In this document: positions 12,901 to 25,264 of the stretch, one piece after another
How positions within the stretch are numbered: the first letter of the stretch is position 1
Layout: each line of letters starts with the position of its first letter
Source of the DNA: Octopus vulgaris
Taxonomy: Eukaryota
Direction: 5' to 3'
NCBI GenBank assembly: GCA_951406725.2
Contig: OX597814.1
Span: 43,028,001 to 43,092,000 of the forward strand
DNA length: 64,000 nt
Program-made: the position numbers and the translations under genes
The notes under the pieces: generated by a model
The model's database searches: none
What the model was told of the DNA's origin: nothing
Seen by the model: only the letters and a program-made list of their open reading frames with translations

Positions 12901-14714
12901 AATGGTATATAAGAATATTTTAGAATGCAACCAAAAGTGGATAATTTCCAATCTTAACTAGGCATAATTAACACGTTGGAATAAGAAAAGGTGACAGTGC
13001 AGCAAAATCTGTGTTCAGATATGTGAAAACATATACACGTTGTATCATTATTCTTTGTTTGTTATGGTTGATTCAGCCGTCCGACGATGGGGACACATTT
13101 GTGTGATCATTTGAATTGCTTGATCCTGAATTAAAGCATAAGTAATTATGCACTCGTCAGACATATGAGGCCTTAACATCAATTGTAGGGAGAAACAACA
13201 GGATGTAGTCTGGTGGAAACTTCATCGGAAAAATGTTATTCTTAAAATTGCAACCTTTCGGATCATCGATAGACTCTCTAATATTTCTGTGTATCTAAAT
13301 CCAATCAAATATATAATCTACTTCAAAATGATATTTTCCCCAAGTGATATCGAATTTGAATCCTCAACGTTGTGAAGCAAAATTCTTGATAGTTCATGCG
13401 CACTGAGACTCTCTCTCTCTCTCTCTCTCATGTACATACACACAAACACATACACTAAAACTCCTTCTCACTCACTCTCATTAAACGCGTCCACACGCGT
13501 CCGCATACATACACATACATATATGTCGATATTCATATAGAGACATACTCATAGGTATATGTATACATGTGTGTATATATGCAGTTTGAGAGAGGGTATG
13601 TGAGAGAGAGAAACTGCAATCGTACATGCCCGCATTAATTTATGTACGTTTCCCAGTTGCAAAAAAATGCAAACATATTCTTTAGACATGATGTTATTTA
13701 TTGTACATTCATTTCATTCTTTGTTGATATGTTAACATATTATGTAAATTCCCATATGAAATTGCAATAAAATATTGTGATGTGTATTTTTTTATATTTT
13801 ATCATTCAAATTGAATTATTTTTAAATTTAGAAAATGTAATATCACAGATTTCCGAACTCCTTAAATGTTATTCGTAAATTTGCTTGGTATTCATTCTCA
13901 AAGTAAGTACCATATATTATTTTTGCTTTATATTCCATTACTATTGTTCAATTTTGGTTCGAAATGTTACGTCTCAACAACTCCAATTTACATTTCATTA
14001 AGTTAACAATGTTTATAAATAAAGGTCTTTTTAATGAAGAGTCTGCGACTAATTATCTTTTCACGCCTTACTATTGAATTGCAATACTTTTCAACATCTT
14101 TTATTTTACTTTAATTCATATTTTTTTCTACTTGTGTTTACTTCTTTAACTTTTACATATATAGTTTTATTTGTCTTCATTCTCGAGTAGCAACAAAGAA
14201 TTCATCGAAGTTAATCGACTGTACATTATAGTGTTTGAATTCAAATTGATGCAATAGTAATATCATATTTTAATGGAGGTGATAATTTCCTAACCTCTAA
14301 ATAATCACATTTCTGATAACGCTAAAACATACAGATATTCTCATTGTACGTATTCCTTAGATGGTTCACAATCTCATTAAATATTTCAACCAAAATTTAA
14401 TAATATGCACATTTATGAATATTTGTTATTTTTGTTGTTTTTTTTATTTCAATTTTCCCCATTTAAATATTTAACGACAACATTCCTTTTAACAGTTTCT
14501 TATGAACGGTACTTTAATTTGTGCAATAACATTCGGCGTATGCCCTCCCGAACCAAATTCTATAAATCTCGTTAATCTTGCTGTCGGCATGGACGTGTTA
14601 TATGATTCATCCTCCATTTTCTTATAGTTTAAAAATATCACTTTCATTATCTGTCGTAGGACATGCCTAAAAAAGAAAACAAACCAACAAAAGAGAGAAG
14701 AAATGCCGCACATA

Positions 14715-14774
<60 letters not shown>

Positions 14775-14874
14775 GTATAAATAATTATATATATATAGAG
14801 AGAGAGAGAAAGGGGGAAATAAAAAATGAGCACAAGTGCACAAAACATGCCCACGAAGGCACGCATACGTACAT

Positions 14875-14907
<33 letters not shown>

Positions 14908-15229
14908 CACATAAATGCATGCATACACAGAGAAAAACGTATATACACATAGCATAAGAATGAAATAATTATATGAAAATGAAAAAGCGGTAAGCAATAA
15001 GACTATTTAAGGTTAATGAAAATAAATTTGGACATGTGTTTGCAAGATATAATTCTTTCATCTCTCGAATTTAAGATAGAACCGTTCATTTTCTTAATTA
15101 TTTAATACTCTTTCAGGCATAAAGGGCACGTTCTATTTCTAATCCTATAACAAGGGGCAGAAGAAACAATATTCCAAGAAATTGAGAAATTTATGTTGTC
15201 TCTTTTAAGTTGCCATACCTTTTTAGATA

Positions 15230-16752
15230 AACTAGTTATAATCCTTTCCGCGGATCATTAAAAGATGATTCATTATTATTCAAACGTACTTTAAGAGGGG
15301 TCTGCGCACACTATCATAAAGAACAAAAGACAACCCAAATCTATGCAAGTCTCCAAACGCAAGCCCAAGTATACTCGACAACACTAAAGCCGTCAGTAAA
15401 AAATGAGTTTCGATGATTACATTCATGCTGTGTTCCCGGGGATGGTGTCGAAGGCTTTATTGTTAAGGGGGGTTTGTGTGGAGATGTATGGTAGAGCTTG
15501 TGGTTGTAAATGCGTCTTTAATTTGGGATGTCCGAGTTCGTGGATGTTGAGTTGTAGGTCACATTGAAAGCCTATATCAATTTGTGATGGTGGGTAGTTT
15601 CTGGTAACGCGTGTATCCTTTAGTTCATGTAGTTGTGTGTCCCTGATGCTTCTATTAGATGCTATAGTACAAATCCTGTAAAAATGTAATAGCAAGTATT
15701 TATTGACCTTTTTCTTTCCTGTAACAATCGGTAAAAACATTCCGGACAACCCAATACATATATATATATATATATGCATATATGGGTGCAGTAAACAAAT
15801 GATTTCAATACGCAAATAACGAGAAAAACAAATGGAAAGCAGGACAAGTAGCACAAAGATCGGCCTTTCATCAGTTTTCGGCTGTCTATCTAAGCATGCA
15901 TGAATTTCTCCGAAATTATATTCAATACATCAAACTTCTCAAAAATGTATAGATAGATAAGAATATATTTAATAACCAATTCATTAAAAAAAAACATATA
16001 AAAATACAGAAATATATAGATATATACATTAATAATATATTAAAAAATGATTACATATATAGACCGAGTTACAGATTATAAAGCAAAGTCATAAAAGAGT
16101 TAATAAGATAAAATGTTTTAATATTTGTACTCCAGTTAATGATCTTTCGGTCCTTTCCGTGGGTCTGGCTTTCCTGTCATATAAAAGATATTTACATCCA
16201 GTATTGAACACCACTGCCTTCATGAGAGAAAATAAGTTCCACATCTACTGCTTTTTTTTCTAAGGGAAATTACCTACTGAGTGTTTATATAGAGCTATAT
16301 GCAAAAGACCAGAAGTGTTTTTGTATGACTGGGGGGGGGATATACAATGCATGATAAGATATTGTTACCGTTGGCTATATAGGTGGAAGACGGTAGAGCT
16401 ACTTTCCAGAAAATAAATGTCTCAGTTGCTGTGAAGGCTTGTTCTTGCCTCTATCCAGAATCATAATGAACAAATGTTGAGTAAAACCGGTGTTTGCAAT
16501 AGTAAACAGCGTCGGAAAATTTATTTTATATCGCGAATAATTAACGTCTGTTTTAAGCAAAGCTTGCATTTGCATATTTCTGTACTATAGTGAGGAGTTT
16601 CTTTTATTGTGGACCAAGCGAGTGTATGTTTTATGTGGTTTTTGATCTAAGATCATGTTTGTGTGTGTCTAGCGATTTATTTTTTCAATATATATATATG
16701 TAATTTATATATTTCTGTGTATATTTTTAAAGTATTGTTTACTTCATATATA

Positions 16753-16810
<58 letters not shown>

Positions 16811-16860
16811 TTTATTTGATATGTTTGATGTATTGAATATACTTTCGGAGAAATTCCTGC
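15230..16860 (-). mobile_element. Degenerate, rearranged Penelope-like element (RT thumb relic, inverted pseudo-LTR pieces)
   Basis: ORF 15423-15854 contains RICTIASNRSIRDTQLHELKD..VTRNYPPSQI...ALPYIST, typical of the PLE RT thumb. 15902-15935 is an inverted copy of 16823-16856 with one mismatch. Confidence 0.65.
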
Positions 16861-17304
16861 GTCTAGGGTTTAGGGCTTAATAAATATAAATGTGTATGTG
16901 GACTTGTTTTGTCTAACTTATTCTATCGCTTCATGTTTAATATCTTGAGCAATTCAAAGTGAAGTCTATGCATTGGAGAAAAAAACGTTTTTCCTTATAA
17001 TCATATATACATATATACAGAGAGAGAGAGAGGGGGGAGAGAGAGAGTTTGATATATCAAATACCTTAAAGGATAATCATAGAGATATACCAGATTACCC
17101 GGTGCGAATCATCATGATATTTTTTCAATATTCATATGGCCTCCAAATCAACATTTCACCTAAGGTTTACTCTACTGCATCTCTAATTTTGATCCTCTCG
17201 AACACCGTTTAGTATTCACCAATACGTCAAGCTGTTTGAGTAAAAGAAGATATGAAACGTGAAATTGAGCCCGGTAGTCAAATTGAGTACGGTAGCTTAG
17301 CAAA

Positions 17305-18033
17305 ATTTCCTCATTATTCATGAGTGATACGACACTTTATAAAAAAAAGGGTCAAAATTATGGAAACAAATCGGGTACAGGAAAATGGTTGAGTATGAGA
17401 GTAAGTAATTTGCATGTTTTTATGTACATATATGTGTGTGGGTATCTGTGTGTGTATGTATGTGTGAGCATGAGAGTTAGAGACAGGGAGCATGTGTTTA
17501 TATTGCGAGTATGTGTGTAAAATATACATGTATGGAAAGGATTATGAGTTAAATGTTAGTAAATTATTTAATAAATTTCCGATAAACACTTGTTTCACTA
17601 AAACACCGATAAAATTTAAATTGGGCGGTTGTAGGAATAAAGTAAGTTGCCGAGAAATAGTAGTACATTTCTCTAGATCTCTACAAAAAAAGATCCCGAT
17701 TATTTTATTGTATATGAGTGAAAAAATATGCCTGGCATCTATACCTCACGGATAATAATTTCAAATAGTGTTCGTGTGTGTGTGCTTATATATATATACT
17801 CATAACCCCATCCATACATGTATATTGTACACACATACACGCAATATAAATACATACTCTCTCTCATGCACACACACATACATACACACACAGATACGCA
17901 CACCCACATATGTGCATAAAATCATAGAAATTACTTACTCTCATACTCAAACATTTTCCTGTACCCGATTTGTTTCCATAATTTCCTACCCTTTTTTACA
18001 AAGTGTAGTAACACTCATGAATAATGATGAAGT
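17305..18033. mobile_element. Foldback/MITE-like element with ~230-bp imperfect terminal inverted repeats
   Basis: 17311-17536 (TCATTATTCATGAGTG...ATACATGTATGGA) is the reverse complement of 17811-18027, separated by a ~275-bp unique spacer. Confidence 0.75.
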
Positions 18034-18574
18034 CGGTATTAATAACAAGAAATGTTATTTGCAATATGAACAAAAGAGAAAATTCAAATCTATTCACTAT
18101 ATGATGACTTAATGATTTTGAATGATGAAATAAAAACAAGAAATATACATATATAATTTTCATTTTGTTCTTTCATTTCATTTTAAATATCTCTTTATGA
18201 AATGTCAAATCTTTGATAGGGTTATAGAGTGTGAGTAGTGTAAAATACCTCAGCAACTCAGAAAATGTAAATATCAAATAAAAGTAAAATCAAAACTGAA
18301 GGCAGACGAATGAAGACGAAAAAAACTAATAAAATGTATTATTGTCTGTTCAATCTTGTCCATTAAGGTTCATGGAACTACATTAATAGTTCTGTAAGAG
18401 ATGAATAACGATCGAAAATAACATACATCTTATTCAGTTCTGCCTCTGGCTAATCTATAAAAGTATTTTGAAATATAGACATTTTAAAATCATACTTCGA
18501 TCAGCTCATATAGAAATTTTATTCATATCATTGATATTATAGTCAAAATGTTCTTCTTTGAGTGCATTATTATT

Positions 18575-18970
<396 letters not shown>

Positions 18971-20368
18971 ATTTCCTTATTATCAGCATTATCTTCATCA
19001 ACATTATTCTAGCAGCTGTCGTTGCTGATTAAGACTTTTGCCTCAGTCAGGCATGGTACGTATCACGCTCCAGCATTTTCAGAGAAGAGGACTTTTTCGC
19101 TGTCACCTTCTAAAGCCTTATTATTCTTTGTGTACAATATTGAGAGAAAAAATGATGTTTTATTCGACATCTTTTATGTGTATTGAAATTTTTAGGGTTT
19201 TTAAACATTTTACTAATAATGCCAGAATAAATACAGATAGAGAAGCAAAAGTCAAGGAAACAACATAAAAGACGTTTATGATTTAAATAAAATGTCCGAT
19301 GAAATGGAATTCTAAATGTGAAATAAATCTCGCAACATAACCCGTACAAAGTTTCTCAGCAAAATTCTCAACAGGGAATGTACTTACAATTTTTTGGTTT
19401 TGATTCAATTGCCACCAGCAAAGACATTTTGCATATGACTCAACCAGTAGAAAATAGAATGATGTGCTGCAAATATTAACAAATCAAATACATGGGACAG
19501 AAGGTATGTAGCCTTCAAATATTTCGCACAAAATGGATAGGATTCAACTACCTGAAACAAACTTTTAAAGGAGAGTCTAACGAACGATAACGATTCCACC
19601 ATCCACGGCAAAATATGAAGTATTATCTGCCTTGTATTTTAACTAAGTCTCTGTTTTGTTCCGTTTTTGATTTTCTTTCTTTATAGTTTATTGCAATCTG
19701 CATGTGAAATGTCAGAATGATAACTACTTCATTCTGTTGTTTGGGAATTCTATGTATCCAGCAGATATTATGGAGTGTTCTCTAGGAACCTTTTTTCTCT
19801 TATTTATAAGAATATCACATCAATTACAAGACACAATTTACAGATTTTATGAGGACCTATGATATACGAAATCTATCATTCTATTCTCCTTTCAATTTGC
19901 ATGAAACATTTTCGGGGCCATCTCACATCATCGTTTTCAACAACTTCCGTATTCTTCCCAGAGAAAATTTATATATATATAATAATAATAATATTAGGGA
20001 ATAAATCAAAACTTTCAGGGAAAATGAGATTTAGGATTAAATCCAATTTTATAGTATAAATATATTATATTATATTATATTAAATTAGAGATAAAACCAC
20101 CACTATTAGGGAAATCAAACAGTGAAAAACATAAGCCAATACATAAAATTAATTTTAAAATATAAAAGTTAAAAATTAAAAAATTATTAAAATAATTTAA
20201 ACTTATAAATTTTAAATATATATATACAATATATATATATATATATGTTTATTTTTATATTTATATATTATTTTGTTTAATTAATTAATTTATTTATTTA
20301 TTATTATTTTTTTTTAATATATAAATATCAAAAGTATTAAAAGTTTAATAAAAGATAAAGAGTAAAAC

Positions 20369-20459
20369 ACTACGATCGTTTCATGGCTGTACCAATTCGA
20401 ATAACAATAATTTAAATTCAATTCATAATTCGAATTATGGTTATAGTCAATCTTCAGGT
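20369..20459 (-). ncRNA. Hammerhead-ribozyme-like motif with long stem II
   Basis: Minus: AC CTGAAGA ...ACC.AATTCGAAT/ATTCGAATT.GGT... GAAAC GATC GTA GT. Palindromic stem III ACGATCGT. Stem I is only about 2 bp. Confidence 0.6.
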
Positions 20460-21400
20460 TAATTGAAATATGTTAAAAATAATCAGAAATATTTAAACAA
20501 TATTTTAAAATATAAATAATATAATAATTTTACTTATAATGAACTCTATTATCAAACTAGAAATTTAAAACATAACAATTATGCTTATATCAAAAACGAT
20601 TATAATGTTAAATATTAATTTTAATTTTTAATGTAAGAAACCCATCGATAATCTAATGTCAGTAATAGTCTATATCTAATTACATAAATATTTTTAAATA
20701 ATGACTATTATAAATAAAAAATTATCAATGGAAATATATAAATGTATATAAATATTATAATTAAGATCTAAAATAATCTCTATAAATAAATATATATGTA
20801 CATATAACAAAGACCTAATAAATTAATATGTCATATTTAAAGACGAAATATCTAAATTCAAAAATACAAACAAACAAACTTAAACGAACTTTCGGAAATC
20901 TTATTTAAAATACTTATAGAATCAATTCGTAGTTATATAGTATCCAATAAATACTATAAATACTATAAATATATTTATCAATGGCAAATATCAATTTAAA
21001 AAGACAATAACTAAGTTATGCTATTAAGTTAGACATGACCTGAACCAATCTTTGGTCGAAACATATCTAAGTTTATCTACTTTTAATTATAAGAAATTTA
21101 AAACTACAATTAATACTATTAATACATGTATATACATAAATCTAACTTTAGACAACTAGTAATCTTGCTATCAAACAACAAATCAATCGCTAAGTAATAT
21201 CTTACGAATAAACTTAAATTTAATATCTAATAATTATATAGAAAATTATGATAATTAGATCATTACATAAACAACAATATTTACATAAGAAAAATAATAT
21301 TACACCAATGACTTATAAAATATTAAAATTTACAATTTAAAGATGTTACATATAAATAGATACTTATCTTAGCGAGGTTTTGTAATGCATATATATATAT

Positions 21401-21560
<160 letters not shown>

Positions 21561-21668
21561 AGTATATATATATGTATATATATATACATATATATATATA
21601 TAAGTATATATATATGTATATATATATACATATATATATACATGTATATATATTTATTATATAGAAGG

Positions 21669-21719
21669 AGCTTCTACAGGACTAGTACTGTTTCATTCAA
21701 GAGAAATCTTCAGGAAGCT
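21669..21719 (-). ncRNA. Type I hammerhead ribozyme (inverted copy)
   Basis: Reverse complement of 22011-22061. Confidence 0.8.
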
Positions 21720-22010
21720 ATTTAACAAGAATTGTATTAGCATTTATACATTTAGGCAGGTTTAAAGGAGTGGTGGTTGGGGACTTTTTATTTTATTTTA
21801 TTTTATTTTATTATTTTATTATTTTATTTTTTTATTTTTTTATTTTTTTATTTTTTTATTTATCTATTCTTTCATCTAACTTACCACTGACTCCTTGACC
21901 ACTCCCCCAAGTATGATATTTTGCGCTATGCCTACCCCCAAAAAAGTCCACCACCACCACTCCTTTAAACCTGCCTAAATGTATAAATGCTAATACAATT
22001 CTTGTTAAAT

Positions 22011-22061
22011 AGCTTCCTGAAGATTTCTCTTGAATGAAACAGTACTAGTCCTGTAGAAGCT
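22011..22061 (+). ncRNA. Type I hammerhead ribozyme
   Basis: AGCTTC CTGAAGA tTTC-tctt-GAAt GAAA CAG-tactagtc-CTG TA GAAGCT: intact core, 6-bp stem I, GUA cleavage triplet. Confidence 0.82.
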
Positions 22062-22341
22062 CCTTCTATATAATAAATTAATTTTACTCTGCTATGTATT
22101 GAGTACCTTACTTACTGTGGTTAACCCCGAATCAACCCGGGACCTACATATACATGTATATATATATATATATACATGATTGATTGATTGATTGATTGAT
22201 TCTAGTTTCAGCTTATGAGCTGTGGGCATGCTGGGGCACCGCCATTTGGTGTTGCTACTTGGTTTCACTTCATGGAGGCTTTCTAGCAACTGCTATATGG
22301 TGCATGAGAGAGTTCGATGCAGCTGCCCTCATCTGCCCCTC

Positions 22342-25264
22342 CTACCGTGAAGTTGGTTCATCTGGGACACCTGACAGGAAGAGATCCAGCTTCATTTTAA
22401 AGACATCTGTATCCACCCCATGCAGGTCTCTCAGGTTCTTCGGGAGGATATTGAAGAGCTGTGGGCCTCGGAAGCCCAGGGTATCACAGAATCTTGTCCT
22501 ACATCTTGATGGCAGGGTTGGAGTCCTAGGCACCACGCAGTGGCGCCCAGTTCTGGCATTTGAGTAACTCTCGATGCCAAAGTTCAGGACACTTCCCTCC
22601 AGGATCTTCCAGATGTATATTATGGCATATCTTTCCCGCCTACGCTCCAGGGAATATAATTTTAATCTCTTGAGTCTTTCCCAGTAGCTTACATTCTGCA
22701 TAGAGACTATCTTCTTTGTGTAGCTTCGTTGGATCGCCTCAAGTTCTGTGATCAACTTGACACTGGATGGTGACCATAGCTGAGAGCAATAGTCAAAGTG
22801 GCTTAGGACAAGTGTCTTCCAGAGGACCATCATGGTTTCTTGTTCTCTTGTTCTAAAGGTTCTATGAATCCATCCAGCCAGCCGTCTACATTTCATTGTC
22901 AGTTTAGCAACATGTACATGAAAGGTCGCGTCATCACTCATGTGAATACCCAGGTCACGCACTGATTGTGCCTCTGGGATTGCAATCCCTCCGGGTCCAG
23001 TGTATTCATTGGGTATTGCATTCAGTTTTGCATGCTGATAGTATAAAGCTTGAAACTTTCCAGCATTGAACTGCATGCTATTCTTTTCAGCCCACTTGTA
23101 TATTTCGTCCAGCTCACATTGCAGGTGTTTAGTGTCCTCAGGGTTCTGTATTGCCTGTGAAACTTTTGTATCATCTGCATAACTTGTGATCGTGGCTCTC
23201 TGCGTGGCTGAGGGCATGTCTGAGAGGGCCATTATGAACAGTAGTGGTCCCAGAACAGTGCCCTGCGGAACACCGCTCACTATTTGTGTGTTAATGGAGG
23301 TGGCCCCATTGGCTACTACCACCTAACTTCTATCTTTCAGAAAGTCATGAAGCCATTCTCCCAGTTTTCCAACTATGTTGAGATCACGCAGTTTGTGACA
23401 TATCATTCCATGATCGACTTTATCAAAGGCCTTTGCAAAGTCTAGATATATCACTTCCACATTTGAGTGGTTGAGCAGCCGTTTCAGCACCCAGTCATAG
23501 TGTTGTAGGAGCTGAGTTAAACAGCTTCTCTGGTCGGAAACCATGTTGGGTGTCGGGCAGCAAGTCATTCTCTTCAAGGAAGGTGATCAGCTTCCTTCTG
23601 ACTATTCGTTCCATGACCTTGCTGATGTGTGAGGTCAGAGAGATAGGTCTATAGTTCTTGGCTTCCGCTCTGCTACCTCCTTTATGAATGGGGCATATTT
23701 TACCTTCCTTCAGTTTTCCTGGAAGTTTGCCAGCTGCAAGGAAGCTCTGAAAGAGGAACTGCAGTGGTCTTGCTAGGACTCTCTTACATGCTTTTAGGAG
23801 GATTGCCGGGAATCCATCGGGGCCAGTAGCTGAGTCTGTTTTCATTTCATCTATAGCCTTGGTTACATCGTCTTCCTTTATATCGATGTAATCTATCGTC
23901 GCCGCCTCTGATTTTATATCTGCAGTGGTAAAAAAGTCAGTTGGATTGGTGATTTGGAGATGCCCAAGGGGTGGAGTGAAAACACTCTTGAATTGCTCAT
24001 TCAGTATTTCACTTACCCTCATTGGTTTTCCTGTAAGTGTGCCATCCTTTTCGAGGAGTGGCCCTATTCTACAGTGCACTGTAGCTGTTTCTTTGGCATA
24101 CCTGTAGAAAGCTCTGGGGTTAGATTTTATGTTTTCTATAGCCCAGGCTTCTTTGTCTGCTCTTTCTTTTTCATGGGAGAGTTGCAGACATTTTTCGATT
24201 TCCAACAGTTTTATTTTTAGGCGGGACTTTTCACTGCTTTCAATCTGTTTGTTTAGGCGATTTGAAAATTTCGTACGCCGTCTCATTAAAATTTTCCTCT
24301 CTCTGGGGATTTTGTTCTTGTGTACAGTGGCCTTTCTCTCTGGGACACATTTGTAGCATATGGCTTGCATTACAGACATGAATTGTTGAAGTTTCACGTC
24401 GATGTCTGGCGAGGAGAGACATTTAGGCCAGTTTTGTTTGAGGATCTCTTTCTCAATTTGTTTCCAGTTTGCCTTATGGTAGTTTAAGCTGGAAAGATTT
24501 TGAGGGTTTCTTGTAGGCTGCATGTCCGTGCTCTCTTTTGGCCCGTACATGGTCAGCTCTATCATGTTGTGATCCGAGAGTAGTGTCGGTGTCACTTTCA
24601 CATTATGGATGAGATCCATGTCATTTGTGAAGCAGAGATCCAGTGTGTTACCTGCCCTGGTTGGTTGGAGTATTACCTGCTCCATGTACAGGGTGTTGAT
24701 GAGGTTCAGGAGGGACCTCGCCTGTCCTCGTTCACATCTTGTCATTCCTGGGAGAGAAAGGCCCTCGGGCCATCTGACATTGGGCAGATTGAAGTCTCCC
24801 ATAAGAAGCACACCTATGTGTTGTTCTAATGTGGTTAGAATTTCTTCTATTTTTATAAGGCAGTCTTCAAACTTGCCCACATGGCTTGGGGCATCTGGAG
24901 GGCGATATGTAGCACACACAACTACATCAAGTTGCCTAATATGTACAATTAGTGTGTCACACACCGAGTTTGAGTATGACAAGAGGACCTGGGGTGTGAG
25001 GTCCTCACGGATGTACATAGCAACACCTCCATGACTCCTTTCTTTCCTGTCCGTCCGTAGTACAGCATACTGTGGTATGTGTAACTCCGCATCTGCTATG
25101 TCCGGTTTCAGGTGCGTTTCTGTAAGTGCTATGCATAAGGCTTGATTGCATGCAACAAAGTCTCTCAGGAACGGGATCTTTGTCCTGTTACTGAGTGTTT
25201 GCAGTCCTCTGATGTTCAGTAGGAGTATCGAGGTGAGGTGTACGTTGTTGCCGGCGGTGTCCAT
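22342..25264 (-). pseudogene. LINE ORF2 (APE endonuclease + reverse transcriptase), disrupted
   Basis: APE motifs LNIRGL, LTETHL, HGGVAMYIR, YRPP, GDFNLP, LDLCF, SDH. RT motifs [48 protein letters not shown]. Frameshift at ~23530, in-frame stop at 23323, and a probably premature stop at 22342. Confidence 0.95.

Larger units (their letters stand above)
21653..22150. mobile_element. 5'-truncated Penelope-like insertion with inverted pseudo-LTRs
   Basis: 21653-21788 is an almost perfect inverted copy of 21941-22078. Each arm carries a hammerhead motif. Confidence 0.8.

Noticed and set aside
21039-21072. Possible hammerhead CTGA-ACCAA/TTGGT-CGAAAC
   Set aside because: Lacks the NGA of the CUGANGA core; at best a dead remnant.
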